Notes: generated by a model not told the origin, from the sequence alone. A DNA stretch of 64,000 nucleotides from Promethearchaeota archaeon (GCA_029838195.1 JALGVJ010000008.1:1-64000); one strand, 5' to 3'; numbered from the stretch's first letter, positions 1-10,464 are shown. Numbers and translations are program-made.

Positions 1-390
1 GGGGAAGAAATCTCATGAAACCTCTTACAAAGAATTTTAGGAAAAGAATCTCAATGGAAATAAACATGTATTTAACAATTTTCATTGGAAAAGGGAAAGA
101 TTTATAATGGGCCCAAGATTAGGCAATTGAATACAAAGTTTGATCAAATTGCCCGGCAGAAACTCATCATGATTCACATTGACGAGACCTTCAAAGGACG
201 GAAAGTCTCGATTTTAGTCTTAATTGATGCCATTACCTACTATATTTTACATTTGGGATGGTTAAAACGAAGAACAGATGAAGTTATCTTTAACCAATTA
301 AAGCCCCTCCAAAAGATCCTTAAAAATGTTATCTTGGTCATGGACTCCATTCCTCTAAAATTGAATTATCTCAAGCGACTCCCAACATAG
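1..390 (+). mobile_element. Degenerate DDE transposase remnant (IS relic), truncated by the window edge
   Basis: ORF 85-390 has IHIDETF...VLIDA...VILVMD, the pattern of the first two acidic residues of an RNase H-fold DDE transposase. The same frame upstream contains several stops, and the ORF ends before any catalytic Glu. Confidence 0.55.
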
Positions 391-622
391 TCGGCCGTTG
401 TAATTTTTAACCCCATTTTTAAATAAGGTAAATTAGATAATGAAGGAATATGAAAAAAAAGAATTGAGCGAATTTTTGTAAGTACTGAGAAATGATGTTT
501 AAAGTTCCATCCATCATGGAAAATCAAAAATAAGCTCATATCAATTGTAAACAAAATAAAAAACTATTAAAATTAAAAAAAAATTTCTTCTCCAATGAAG
601 TTTTTTTTTTTTAGGGATTATC

Positions 623-1801
623 ATGAATGAAGACCATGTTCCTTTAAAAAACAAAATATCGTGGGCTATTGCCAATATTGGCTCATTAGCTATAGGTCAG
701 TCGAGCATTCTTTTATTATATGCATATTATTTCTTGTATGTCGGTGTTCCTCTTACTCCTTTGGGGATCAGCTTAATATTAACGATATATGGAATTTGGG
801 ATGCTTTAAACGAGCCGTTAATTGGCCACATCTCAGATTTCACGAGGACACGGTGGGGACGGAGAAAACCTTTTATTGCTTTTGGCTTGGTGCCATTAGT
901 GATTTGTTCCTATTTAATTTATACCCCTCCTCTTTTAGATCCTATCACGTGCACGATTTATTTAATAATCATTTTAATCCTCTATGAAACTTTTGTAACC
1001 ATGGTTATAACCCTCTGGTTTTCATTATATCCTGAATTGACATTAAATCAAAATGAACGATTAGCCATCTCAAGATTCAAGGAAATTTTCGGGGTAATTG
1101 GGCTTATCTTAGGTCTTGGTATTGCTCCGCTAATTGCTGGTTCTTTTGAGGATCCCATGTTAGGTTATTCTCTGATGGGATTGATATTAGGAGTGATCAC
1201 TGCTGTTACAATGCTTCCTACCTTGCTCTTCATAAAAGAGAAGAAAGAATATCAAGCGATTGCTGAAGAAAAAATTGGTTTTCTCACTCCGCAAAAATTT
1301 CGTTAAAAAGCAAGAGTTTTGTCTGCTTCATCCATGTTTTGTTTTGGGGCGTGTTTTCCCTTGGTATTTATTGTTTATAATCCCATTACCATGTTAGTCA
1401 TCTTATTATTTGCTGGCTTTGGATTAGGTGGAGTCATGATGTTCCCGACCATTTTACTCAGTGATGTAATAGATGAAGACCATACGATAACGAAAAAGCG
1501 TAGAGAAGGCATCTTTAATGGAGTTTCAGGAGTCATCGTGAAATCCTCAAATGCAATTAGTTGGCTCGTATTAGGAATTGTTCTTTCTGCGTTTGGAATT
1601 AACAGAGAAACCGTTAATCCCTCAACGATAACCCCATTAGGTGATTTGGGCCTTCGAGTTCTCCTTGGGATCATTCCTCTAATTTTCATATTAATTGGCT
1701 TGATCTTCCTTTATCTTTATCCTTTAACAGGTGAAAAATTAGAAGATATAAAAAACCAAGTGAGACAATTGAATTTAGAATTATCAAAAAAAATAAATTA
1801 A
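623..1801 (+). pseudogene. Disrupted GPH-family (MelB-like) MFS sugar transporter
   Basis: N-half has WDALNEPLIGHISD-TRTRWGRRKPF; C-half has DVIDED...RREGIFNG. A 1-nt frameshift near 1288 (frame 1288-1323 reads SAKISLKSKSFV) is followed by an apparent deletion of about TM7-8. Total is about 390 aa versus 444-470 aa for the paralogs in this window. Confidence 0.8.
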
Positions 1802-1809
1802 TCTTTTTT

Positions 1810-4356
1810 TTAATTATAAAATTCCCGTACAATATTCTTGCAAAGCATTATCATTTTTTCGCTTAATTCTGATTCATTTGCTGAATGAACTAACAACCAA
1901 TTCTTATCATATAATTGATTTAAATAATTCCCTTTCGCATCGATAGAAAATGCAAAAATTTTAAAGATTTTTTTTACTTCACGAATGTCGGCAACGGCTT
2001 CCGTGAGGCCATAATTACCATCCCCAGCAGGCTGGCCATCGGAGATGACAATGATGAAATCACCTTGTTGTAACTTATTAGCTTCATGTTTTATTGAAAT
2101 TCCATCTAAATTTTGCAGATAAGTTCCATGAGAGCCAAATTTATCGAATTTTTTAGGATTGATCCTCTCATTAAAATCCTTAACTAAAATATTTATAGCA
2201 TCATAATTTCCCGTGAATAAAACAATTCTTAGTTGAGCTATAGATTCTAATGCTTCGCAGAGCAAGGTTAAAGCAATTTTTGCCGTGCGCATCTTAATAC
2301 CTTTCATGGAACCTGAAATATCCACGATTATCAATAATCGCAGGGTTTTTTCTATGTTTTTTCGGGTAAAACATCGTTTAAATTTATAATCACTTGTTAT
2401 AGCCTTAATTAATTTGTTATTTAAACGCCCTCTCGTCTGAAATGTATCGAAATCTCGATGATTTCTCAATTCCGAAAAAATTTGCTTGATTTTTTTTATT
2501 TGATTCGCATGTTGTAATTTTATTTGATTGAATGTCAAATTTATTGGGTTCATATTTTCTAGGTCTATAGTTGTTTCTATTACTTTTCTATCGGCAAAAT
2601 CTCCTCCTAATTGAAATACTTTTGATCCAAATTCTAATTCTTTTAAACGATTCTCCAATTCTTCCATTGAATCTTTCAATGTTTCAGCGATTTTTTTCAT
2701 GACCTTAATTTTTATTCGACGTTTTTTATTAGTTAGTAATTCTTCAATATCCAATTTACCCGTCTCATCATCTATAAGGTTTAATGATTTGAGTGAAATT
2801 TGAAGCTGCTCTAAATTCACATCTTCAATTTGAAATTTTTCTTTCAATCGTTCTACGAAGATTTCAAGGTCCTTTTTTTGATCCCATTTATCTCCTGATT
2901 TTTTTCTTTCGATCTCGATTTCCTCCAGAACATCTTTTAAATCATCTGGAGTCACTTCCACCCCTCCAAAATTTTCCTTTAATTCCTCGCTCAGAATCTT
3001 TAGATTCGAATCTTCAAAAAAAGGAGAGATCTTTTGTTCTTCAAGAAATTTTTCTTGTTTTCTGAAACGATCAATATCAAAAAGTAGCTCTTTTAACTCT
3101 TCTCCCTTGATATTGCGATCTTTGAACTCTTCACGAAACTTTTCTTGAAATTTTTGAAGTTTTGTTTCATCATCCAAGAAATTTTCATTCGATTCTTCCA
3201 ATTTGTCAAGTTCCGAAATGATTTCTTCTAATTTTTCCGTAGTAATGTCCAAGTTTTCATATTTTTCATTTAAGCTCGCCGTGAAATCTTTTAAATCATT
3301 TTTAACTGAAATGTCATCAAGAAAATCTTCCCATCCATCCCTTCCATCCATGTGAACTTGAAACTCTTTTTCAATCTCTTCCAAATCCTCAATTTTTAAA
3401 TCGATATTCTCAAAAGTATCAATTAAATCATCACTGAATTTTTGAAATTTTGAATTTTCCCCCTCGTTTTCTCCCCCCGAATTATCTTCAAATTCTCTAA
3501 TTTCATTCCATCTAGTTAAGATATCAAAATCACTAATTTCTTCTTCCACCTCATCTCTATCCTCTTCTTGTCCAATAAAAATGATTGGAAGTCCTACTCC
3601 ATCCTCCTCTTCCTCCTCACTACAAGGGATGCAATGAGAAGGAACTCTAATACCCATCCCAGCAGCTTGTTTTTGATCTTTAGAAATTTTCTTGGGCTTA
3701 GGAATGTATTTCCTCAAAATTTCGCTAATTTTATACACCGAAATCATGGTTGCTTGTGGCATGCTAAATTTTTTAATAAAATCTTTAATTTTAGAAATCG
3801 ATTTCCAATCCTCTAAACTTAGAAAAAATGGGCCCAAAAGGGGTCGTTTTTGAAACTCTTCATAATTTTCCATGTATAAATAGATATAGGTAATGATATC
3901 TTGATATCTATAAATTCTTGACTTAATCGTGGGAAGAATGGTCAATTCAATATCTCGTAAATACTTATAGAATCCTGGAAATTTTTTTTCATTAATTGCA
4001 TTCACCCTGACATCATCAAGGACGTTAATTAATTGCTTAATAAAAGCTGGGGGTATTTCAAATTTTTTTGAAAGCACCATGACTAATTTCACGAAATTCA
4101 ATTCAAATGAACCATAACCAATATGTCCGGCTTCATGAGCAACAATGCCTTGCCCTCCTTTAATATCTTTTTTGAATTTTTTCGGAAGATAAATAACGCG
4201 CCGATCCGTAAAAGCGGCAAGGTCATCATTGAGAAATGAGATTGCAATGTCCTTGTATCCGCTAATTCTTTTAGCGGTATTTCGAAGTGCTAAAATATCC
4301 GTATCTACATCCCTTTCGAATAAATCAAATAATTCAAAATCCTTTATCATTGTCAC
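1810..4356 (-). CDS. VWA-domain protein (CobT/NorD/CbbO-like partner of a MoxR ATPase) with N-terminal HExxH region and acidic central repeats
   Basis: C-terminal MIDAS DISGSM and ISDGQP; N-terminal AFTDRRVIYLP...HEAGH...NVLDDVRV; lies 25 bp downstream of a MoxR-type ATPase on the same strand. Confidence 0.85.
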   Translation of the reverse strand: MTMIKDFELFDLFERDVDTDILALRNTAKRISGYKDIAISFLNDDLAAFTDRRVIYLPKKFKKDIKGGQGIVAHEAGHIGYGSFELNFVKLVMVLSKKFEIPPAFIKQLINVLDDVRVNAINEKKFPGFYKYLRDIELTILPTIKSRIYRYQDIITYIYLYMENYEEFQKRPLLGPFFLSLEDWKSISKIKDFIKKFSMPQATMISVYKISEILRKYIPKPKKISKDQKQAAGMGIRVPSHCIPCSEEEEEDGVGLPIIFIGQEEDRDEVEEEISDFDILTRWNEIREFEDNSGGENEGENSKFQKFSDDLIDTFENIDLKIEDLEEIEKEFQVHMDGRDGWEDFLDDISVKNDLKDFTASLNEKYENLDITTEKLEEIISELDKLEESNENFLDDETKLQKFQEKFREEFKDRNIKGEELKELLFDIDRFRKQEKFLEEQKISPFFEDSNLKILSEELKENFGGVEVTPDDLKDVLEEIEIERKKSGDKWDQKKDLEIFVERLKEKFQIEDVNLEQLQISLKSLNLIDDETGKLDIEELLTNKKRRIKIKVMKKIAETLKDSMEELENRLKELEFGSKVFQLGGDFADRKVIETTIDLENMNPINLTFNQIKLQHANQIKKIKQIFSELRNHRDFDTFQTRGRLNNKLIKAITSDYKFKRCFTRKNIEKTLRLLIIVDISGSMKGIKMRTAKIALTLLCEALESIAQLRIVLFTGNYDAINILVKDFNERINPKKFDKFGSHGTYLQNLDGISIKHEANKLQQGDFIIVISDGQPAGDGNYGLTEAVADIREVKKIFKIFAFSIDAKGNYLNQLYDKNWLLVHSANESELSEKMIMLCKNIVREFYN
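2775..3453 (-). repeat. Five imperfect protein-level tandem repeats (45-52 aa) inside the VWA protein
   Basis: Units start SKFQKFSDDLIDTF (3453), NDLKDFTASLNEKY (3300), TKLQKFQEKFREEF (3165), SNLKILSEELKENF (3009) and KDLEIFVERLKEKF (2874). Each is followed by xxxx[ILV]xx[ED]xL. Spacings are 51/45/52/45 aa. Confidence 0.7.
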
Positions 4357-4381
4357 TCCTTTTCAAGGGGATTATTTAAAA

Positions 4382-5626
4382 TTAAATTACGGGATATTTC
4401 TCCTTCATGAATTCCAATAGTTGAGAATTTCTCGATTTATATATCCACTTAATGTATTTTAATGTCAAACTTCCATTATGCACGTATTTTTTTCCAGTTT
4501 CTTGTTTATATGATTGAGGTAATCCTAAATCTTCGGTTAATCTCATGTAATCTTGAAGTACTCTCTTTTTTTTTGTCCAAATCCATTCCAGCGGACTCCA
4601 TTTTATTTCACCCTTGGAATTTACTATTGAACGATTACCATGGGTTGTTTTGTATTTATTAATCCAAGTTCTCATCTCTTCTATAACCTCTGAATGATCC
4701 TTTAAATCTTCGTGATAGTTCGCCTCATCATTTTCAATTGCACGTAGTTGTTCCTTGGGTATTAATGCTTCTCTTAATTTTTTTTCAAACATTTTTCCAT
4801 CTAAAATCATGGCGATGCTTTTTTTCTCCTCAGTATTATCCGCCAATTTATTGATAATTGCGTGCTCGATATTTGTCTTTATGTATTTCGGAGGCATGTG
4901 AGAGATGAGATAGCAAAAGTTGATGATCAAGCGGGTTGAAAAAATTTTTGTTAATGAAAAATCTTCGAGGGCTTGTTTTCTAATTTCTCTTGCTGCATCC
5001 ACGACAATTTCGCTTACTCGCTCATCACACCCAGAAATCTTAGAAGTAATGTAGATCTCCTTTTTTTTTTCCGGATAATTGATTTCTGGACTCGCGATAA
5101 ATCGATCATTAAGGGCTTCTTGTAATTTATTAATCCCAATGACACCTTTATTCATGGTCCCAATAACTATCAATTTACTCAGAGGATTTAATTCGTGTTT
5201 TTCAAATCCTTTAGAAATGAGATTAATATGATTTTCTGATAAAAGAGAATTTAGGGATATTTGCTCACTCTCTCGAATTGCATTAATCTCATTAATGATT
5301 ACAAAGGCAAGGCCTTGTTCATTTGCACTTTTAATTGCTAACGTGAGAGGCCCATAATTAAAAATGGTATTCCCTTGAATTAATTCCCAGTTTCCTTCAA
5401 TGTCTCGCCTATCAAGGTCAGGAGAACCATCAATAATGAAATAGGGTGCATTAAAATTTTTAGCAAGGGTAATAGCTAATAAGGTTTTGCCTGTACCGGG
5501 GGGACCGTGTAAAAGGATTCCCGCACATTTACCGGGCTCTAATGATTCAATCAAGCTTTTTAAATAATCATATTCATTTCTTTGCTGAATATAAAAATGA
5601 GAATTTTCTTTTATCGCTTCTACCAT
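4382..5626 (-). CDS. MoxR-family (CbbQ/NirQ/GvpN-like) AAA+ ATPase with C-terminal extension
   Basis: Walker A GPPGTGKT, YGPLTLA, Walker B-like VIINEIN, sensor-I GTMN, ALNDRF arginine finger, STR in the lid. Confidence 0.88.
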   Translation of the reverse strand: MVEAIKENSHFYIQQRNEYDYLKSLIESLEPGKCAGILLHGPPGTGKTLLAITLAKNFNAPYFIIDGSPDLDRRDIEGNWELIQGNTIFNYGPLTLAIKSANEQGLAFVIINEINAIRESEQISLNSLLSENHINLISKGFEKHELNPLSKLIVIGTMNKGVIGINKLQEALNDRFIASPEINYPEKKKEIYITSKISGCDERVSEIVVDAAREIRKQALEDFSLTKIFSTRLIINFCYLISHMPPKYIKTNIEHAIINKLADNTEEKKSIAMILDGKMFEKKLREALIPKEQLRAIENDEANYHEDLKDHSEVIEEMRTWINKYKTTHGNRSIVNSKGEIKWSPLEWIWTKKKRVLQDYMRLTEDLGLPQSYKQETGKKYVHNGSLTLKYIKWIYKSRNSQLLEFMKEKYPVI

Positions 5627-5955
5627 TTTTATATCATTTTTTGAAGCATTATTGAATTTTTATCTATTTATAGAGTTCAAAATGATACGTTATATCAATT
5701 TTAGGGTCTTAATTTTTTTTTAATTTACCTATATAAACCGCTTGTAAAATTAAAAAGAAGAAGTTCCTCGACTTTTAAAGGTTTAAAATAGTAATTCTTC
5801 AAGGTATTATTATATTATTTCCTAAAAATCATAATTCATTTAAAGTACTTGAAAATTTTACGAAAAAAAAGCATTTTAAGATTGCAAAATTATTCATGAG
5901 CTTGATTTTTAAATTTTAAAAAAAAATTTAAGATGATTCTTAAACTAATGTCTTT

Positions 5956-6723
5956 ATGCCCATAGATGTTGAAATTGATTATCCCATATATACCATTATT
6001 ATTAATAATCCGGAAGTAAAAAACGCTGTAGATGGACCCACCGCAGAAGAATTTGCCAATGCTTTTCGACAGTTTGAAAAAGATGAGAAAGCCTTAGCGG
6101 CAGTATTATGGGGAGCAAATGGGACATTTTGTTCTGGAGCCAATTTAAAAGCGATAATGGAGGGAAGAGGAAACAGAATCGATAAAACGGGAGATGGACC
6201 CATGGGACCGACTCGAATGGAATTATCCAAACCTGTCATTGCTGCTGTGGCCGGCTACGCCGTAGCAGGTGGATTAGAATTAGCTATTTGGTGCGATCTG
6301 CGCGTGGTAGAAAAAACGGCTATTTTTGGCGTGTTTTGCCGAAGGTTTGGCGTTCCTTTAATTGATGGAGGGAGTGTTAGATTACCGCGCCTCATAGGAT
6401 TGAGCCGTGCATTGGACATGATTCTTACTGGCAGGCCCGTGACTGCCGAAGAAGCTTATCAATGGGGTTTAGCAAATAGACTTGTAGAGGAAGGAAAATC
6501 TCGAGAAGAGGCAGAAAGATTAGCTAAAGAAATCTCAAAATTCCCGCAAGCTTGTTTAAGGAACGATAGGTTATCAACATTGCAGCAATTTGGGATGAAT
6601 TTACATGATGCCATGAGAAACGAATTTGAATTGGGATTAAAAACTTTAGAATCGGGTGAATATTTGGAAGGAAGTCGGGAATTCGTGAAAGGGAAGGGAA
6701 AACATGGCCTTTTTAACATGTAA
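5956..6723 (+). CDS. Enoyl-CoA hydratase/isomerase (crotonase) family protein
   Basis: FCSGANL, KPVIAAVAGYAVAGGLELAIWCDLR, RLPRLIG...DMILTGRPVTAEEA. Confidence 0.93.
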   Translation: MPIDVEIDYPIYTIIINNPEVKNAVDGPTAEEFANAFRQFEKDEKALAAVLWGANGTFCSGANLKAIMEGRGNRIDKTGDGPMGPTRMELSKPVIAAVAGYAVAGGLELAIWCDLRVVEKTAIFGVFCRRFGVPLIDGGSVRLPRLIGLSRALDMILTGRPVTAEEAYQWGLANRLVEEGKSREEAERLAKEISKFPQACLRNDRLSTLQQFGMNLHDAMRNEFELGLKTLESGEYLEGSREFVKGKGKHGLFNM

Positions 6724-6794
6724 AGGGCAATTTTTATTAACCTCATTAAACTAATAAATTATTAATAGCAATAGCGATATATTGGTGAAAAAAG

Positions 6795-7970
6795 ATGAAT
6801 GCTAAAGAAAGAATAATGAAAACCTTAAACCATGAAGAACCTGATAAAGTCCCTGCTTTTGAAGGCTCCATCGATAATTTAACAATCTGTGAACATTATG
6901 GAGAAAAATATGGTTATCAAGGTATTGGAAAAACGTTAAAACTGGTAAGTACTATTGTTCCGTTTAAGAACAAAATTATTAGGAAATTATTCTCATCAGA
7001 GAGTGCCGTGAAAAAAAGCATTAGAGCCACCGCTCGATTATATAGAAAAATAGGTATCGATTTATTAGCCGCACCTCTTTCAATGTTTCCTGTAAAATTC
7101 TATAAATGGGGATATGTGGATGAATTTGGCCGAACCTTCAGGGTCACGATAAATCCTTCTGATAACATGGAACTTCTTTATTATAACGGAGGATTATTTA
7201 AAAACTTTGAAGATTATGAAAACTTTGAATTCCATCCCGATCCGGATGAAAGGAGTAGAAAATTGAATTTTGATGCTCAAAAAGAGGTTTCGAAAGAATT
7301 TAAAAATGAAATTTACATCATCCCGGGAACGGGAGCTCTCTTAGAAATGGTTTGGGAAAGTTTTGGAATGGAAAATTTCGTGAAGCTTTTAAAAAAACCG
7401 AAGCAAATTAAAAAAATTTTCGATGATAGAGGTCAATTTTGTCTTGAACTAATAAAACGATGCATGGAATGGGGCGCTGAAACTATTCTCTTATGGGATG
7501 ATTATGGATATAAGTCCGGCTTGTTCCTTTCTCCTAATTATTTCGAAAAATACATCTTTCCTTGGTTAAAAAGAATTTGCAAGCAAGTTCATGAGAATGG
7601 AGGCAAGATTCTTCTGCATAGTTGTGGAGATATATCAAAAATTTTTGAAAAGCTAATAGAATGTGGGATTGATGGTTTTAATCCCATTGAACCAACCACG
7701 GCAAATCCGGATTATGATATCTTCAAGTTGAAAAAAATGCATGGAGAAAAAATTACTTTAATTGGAAATATAAGCCCCCAAGATTTAGCAGATAAAAATC
7801 CTCAATATATTGAAGAATATACCAAGAAATTAATAAAAAATTGTGCCCTTGGCGGAGGGTATATCATTTCCTCGGGCCATAGTATTAATCCTTCAGTTAA
7901 ATTAGAAAATTTTCTCAAGTATAGAGAAACGGTTGAAAGATATGGAAAATATCCCATTAATCTTTCTTAA
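6795..7970 (+). CDS. UroD/MtaA-CmuA superfamily protein
   Basis: N-terminal ERI..TL.HEEPDKVP, WDDYG, LLHSCG, NPIEP, TLIGNI, GGGYIISSGHSI. Confidence 0.85.
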   Translation: MNAKERIMKTLNHEEPDKVPAFEGSIDNLTICEHYGEKYGYQGIGKTLKLVSTIVPFKNKIIRKLFSSESAVKKSIRATARLYRKIGIDLLAAPLSMFPVKFYKWGYVDEFGRTFRVTINPSDNMELLYYNGGLFKNFEDYENFEFHPDPDERSRKLNFDAQKEVSKEFKNEIYIIPGTGALLEMVWESFGMENFVKLLKKPKQIKKIFDDRGQFCLELIKRCMEWGAETILLWDDYGYKSGLFLSPNYFEKYIFPWLKRICKQVHENGGKILLHSCGDISKIFEKLIECGIDGFNPIEPTTANPDYDIFKLKKMHGEKITLIGNISPQDLADKNPQYIEEYTKKLIKNCALGGGYIISSGHSINPSVKLENFLKYRETVERYGKYPINLS

Positions 7971-8068
7971 AAAGAATCCATTTAATATACCCTTGTAAAA
8001 AATACTAAAATCATGCTATTACTTTCTCAAAAATAATTCATTATATCATGTAGGCATGGATGGATTGT

Positions 8069-8088
8069 CGTGAAAGAAAGGTTTCACG
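8069..8088. promoter_or_regulatory. Perfect 7-bp inverted repeat, possible transcription-factor operator
   Basis: CGTGAAA-gaaagg-TTTCACG in the intergenic region upstream of the YjbQ-family gene. Confidence 0.3.
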
Positions 8089-8275
8089 TACTTAACTAAG
8101 TTGATATCCTCTTCCTTCCAACTGAAATTATTTAGTTATAAATGTTGATAATTAGGGGAAAAAAAACCATTCACTCGAGATTTTTCTTGAAATTATTAAA
8201 GAAGATAATCGTTTATTTTTAAGAAGAATATTTCGTTTTTCTAATTAAAGTAAGAAAAGAAGAAAGAGTGAAACC

Positions 8276-8692
8276 ATGATAATTTTTAAACAATTGAGCG
8301 TCAAGACTCCAGAAAGAGAAATTTTAATGGATATAACTCATGAAGTGCGCAAAATATTATCCCATTCAAATGTAAGAGAAGGCATTTGTAGAATTTTTGT
8401 ACCTCACACTACCGCAGCGTTAACTATAAATGAAAATGCAGATCCTAATGTTATTAGAGACATTATTAATTATTTAAAAGCATTAATCCCTCAACATGGA
8501 CGTTTAGGATATATATTTCGCCATGGAGAAGGAAATTCAGACGCCCACATCAAGAGTAGTTTAATGGGTTTCTCTTTAGAAATCATGATACACGATCAAA
8601 AATTAATGCTTGGCACGTGGCAAGGAATCTATTTAGCGGAATTTGATGGCCCTCGCTATAGAAAGATATATATTCAAATACAAGGAGAATAA
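8276..8692 (+). CDS. yjbQ: YjbQ/UPF0047 family protein (secondary thiamine-phosphate synthase-like)
   Basis: PHTTAALTINENADP, GNSDAHIKSSLMG, LGTWQGIYLAEFDGPR. Confidence 0.93.
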   Translation: MIIFKQLSVKTPEREILMDITHEVRKILSHSNVREGICRIFVPHTTAALTINENADPNVIRDIINYLKALIPQHGRLGYIFRHGEGNSDAHIKSSLMGFSLEIMIHDQKLMLGTWQGIYLAEFDGPRYRKIYIQIQGE

Positions 8693-8870
8693 TTAAAAAT
8701 TAATTATATTGGAGAAATATTCAAGAGCATGGAATAGTTTTAATGTTGAATGGTTTTATATAAGGAAATTTTTTCGGGATACAGGGCAAACTGAGTTTTT
8801 CTTTTCATAAATTTCCTCGAACGTAATATCCATGGAGAATTAAAAAAAATAGATGAGGTTGACCTTATTT

Positions 8871-9617
8871 TTATTTAATTCTTTTTATGAGCCATTTTGG
8901 CATGATCAAGGAAAAATATATTAAAATTATAAATGCTACGGCAAAAGCCCAACCGATGTATAAGAAAAAAGAATACCCGGGATGATCAAAAAGTACAATT
9001 AATAGATTATCTCCCGTAATACAAGCAAACAATAAAATTAAGCACCCCATCGAATATTTCATTAGCTTTAATCCTATCTTCGTAATATTGTTTTCTGTCA
9101 TGCCGCCAACTTGATGACAAATAAATGCAATGTAAATGTAAATCGCGCAAGAATACAGTACTAAACTCCCCGTTGTATATAATCGAATATTTAATTCTCC
9201 AGCATGAGCTTCTGCGGGAACGCCCCACCAATTCCACGGTAAAAACAAGGAAATTAATATAATAGTGCCCATCAGTACCAAGAAGGGTAAGAGTTTTTTT
9301 CCTTTCTCCATCATGTGGCTTGCGAATATAAAGAGCATTAAATCTGCAATTATTACCATGCTATAGGCTAATGGAAGAGAGATCCTATAAAATTCCATAA
9401 AATATCCCGTGATGGCAGCTTCTGCAAGTCCTATGGTTAGAATAATTAACGCTAACGTGAAAAAAATGAATACAAGCATCAAATATAGAGGGGATCTTAC
9501 TTTTCTTTTTTTATATTTTAAATACATTTGAATCAACATGAACACGCCAAAGCCGGAGAGAAAAATGTAATAGATAAAAATTGGAAAGATTCTGGGTTGA
9601 ATAGGTTCATAATTCAT
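8871..9617 (-). CDS. Seven-transmembrane membrane protein with no cytoplasmic output domain
   Basis: Seven hydrophobic segments by inspection, basic loop KYKKRKVRS after TM1, C-terminal MPKWL. Confidence 0.7.
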   Translation of the reverse strand: MNYEPIQPRIFPIFIYYIFLSGFGVFMLIQMYLKYKKRKVRSPLYLMLVFIFFTLALIILTIGLAEAAITGYFMEFYRISLPLAYSMVIIADLMLFIFASHMMEKGKKLLPFLVLMGTIILISLFLPWNWWGVPAEAHAGELNIRLYTTGSLVLYSCAIYIYIAFICHQVGGMTENNITKIGLKLMKYSMGCLILLFACITGDNLLIVLFDHPGYSFFLYIGWAFAVAFIILIYFSLIMPKWLIKRIK

Positions 9618-9818
9618 ATATTTTAGGTATAATTTATAAATAAAAGGTTTTTGTTTTTAGTTCAATAAAAGGATCTTGAATTATTTGATCGAGAGAGGGG
9701 TTACACCTTGAATTTTTACGAAGACTTGGCGTTTATACTCCATGAAGTTAAATTTTTTATACCTCATTTTCATTACTTTTTATGAGTGTAAAAATATTAT
9801 CTAAAAAATTTTCTTAAA

Positions 9819-10220
9819 ATGAATGATCTATGGATTCTGTCGGATGCGGGAATAGTTTTGTTTCATCGTCATTTTGATGAAAAATTAGATGATCAACTAT
9901 TTGGGGCGTTATTAACTGCACTTAATTCTTTTGCTGAAGAATTAGTAAAAGAAGGCATTACAAATTTAAAAATTGGCAATTCTGTTTTTCATATCAAAAA
10001 AAAGCATGAATTCTTATTTGTCATGCATATCAAAGAAAATTATAAAGTAAAAAAAATTCAAGAAGAAATGGAAAACGTCATTACAAGTTTTTTTAATACG
10101 TATCCTAAAGAAATATTAGAAAATTGGGATGGAGATATGGATTTATTTAAAGGATTTGAAGCTAAAATAACAGATAATTTGAAAGAAACTGCAAAAAAAT
10201 TTGAAAAAGCATTTTGGTAG
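9819..10220 (+). CDS. Stand-alone longin-like domain protein (Asgard eukaryotic-signature type)
   Basis: LWILSDAGIVLF...DDQLFGALLTALNSFAEEL...FFNTY...WDGDMDLFKGF matches the beta-beta-alpha-beta-beta-beta-alpha-alpha pattern typical of Asgard longin-like proteins. Confidence 0.75.
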   Translation: MNDLWILSDAGIVLFHRHFDEKLDDQLFGALLTALNSFAEELVKEGITNLKIGNSVFHIKKKHEFLFVMHIKENYKVKKIQEEMENVITSFFNTYPKEILENWDGDMDLFKGFEAKITDNLKETAKKFEKAFW

Positions 10221-10464
10221 AAATCGTAAACGATAATAAAGATCATCTTCTTAAGAATTCACGGAAAAAAGATATTACCTTGTTCTAATTTATTTGTATT
10301 TTATAAGATCTAAATCTATAAACTTTATATACTTAAAAAAATAACTGAGAGACCCACTTTAAATTTAAAATGAAATGTTTTATTAATTTATTAATATCAA
10401 TAAGTTTTAAACTATTTAAGAAAGAAAATAATTTAAATCATAAGAAAATTGTAAGGTCATACTC

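Noticed and set aside
1810-5626. MoxR-VWA pair as a McrBC-like defence system or prophage marker
   Set aside because: No nuclease motif, integrase or phage structural genes are nearby.
6795-7970. Calling the UroD-like genes hemE
   Set aside because: The RQAGR substrate-binding motif is absent and there are no tetrapyrrole genes nearby.
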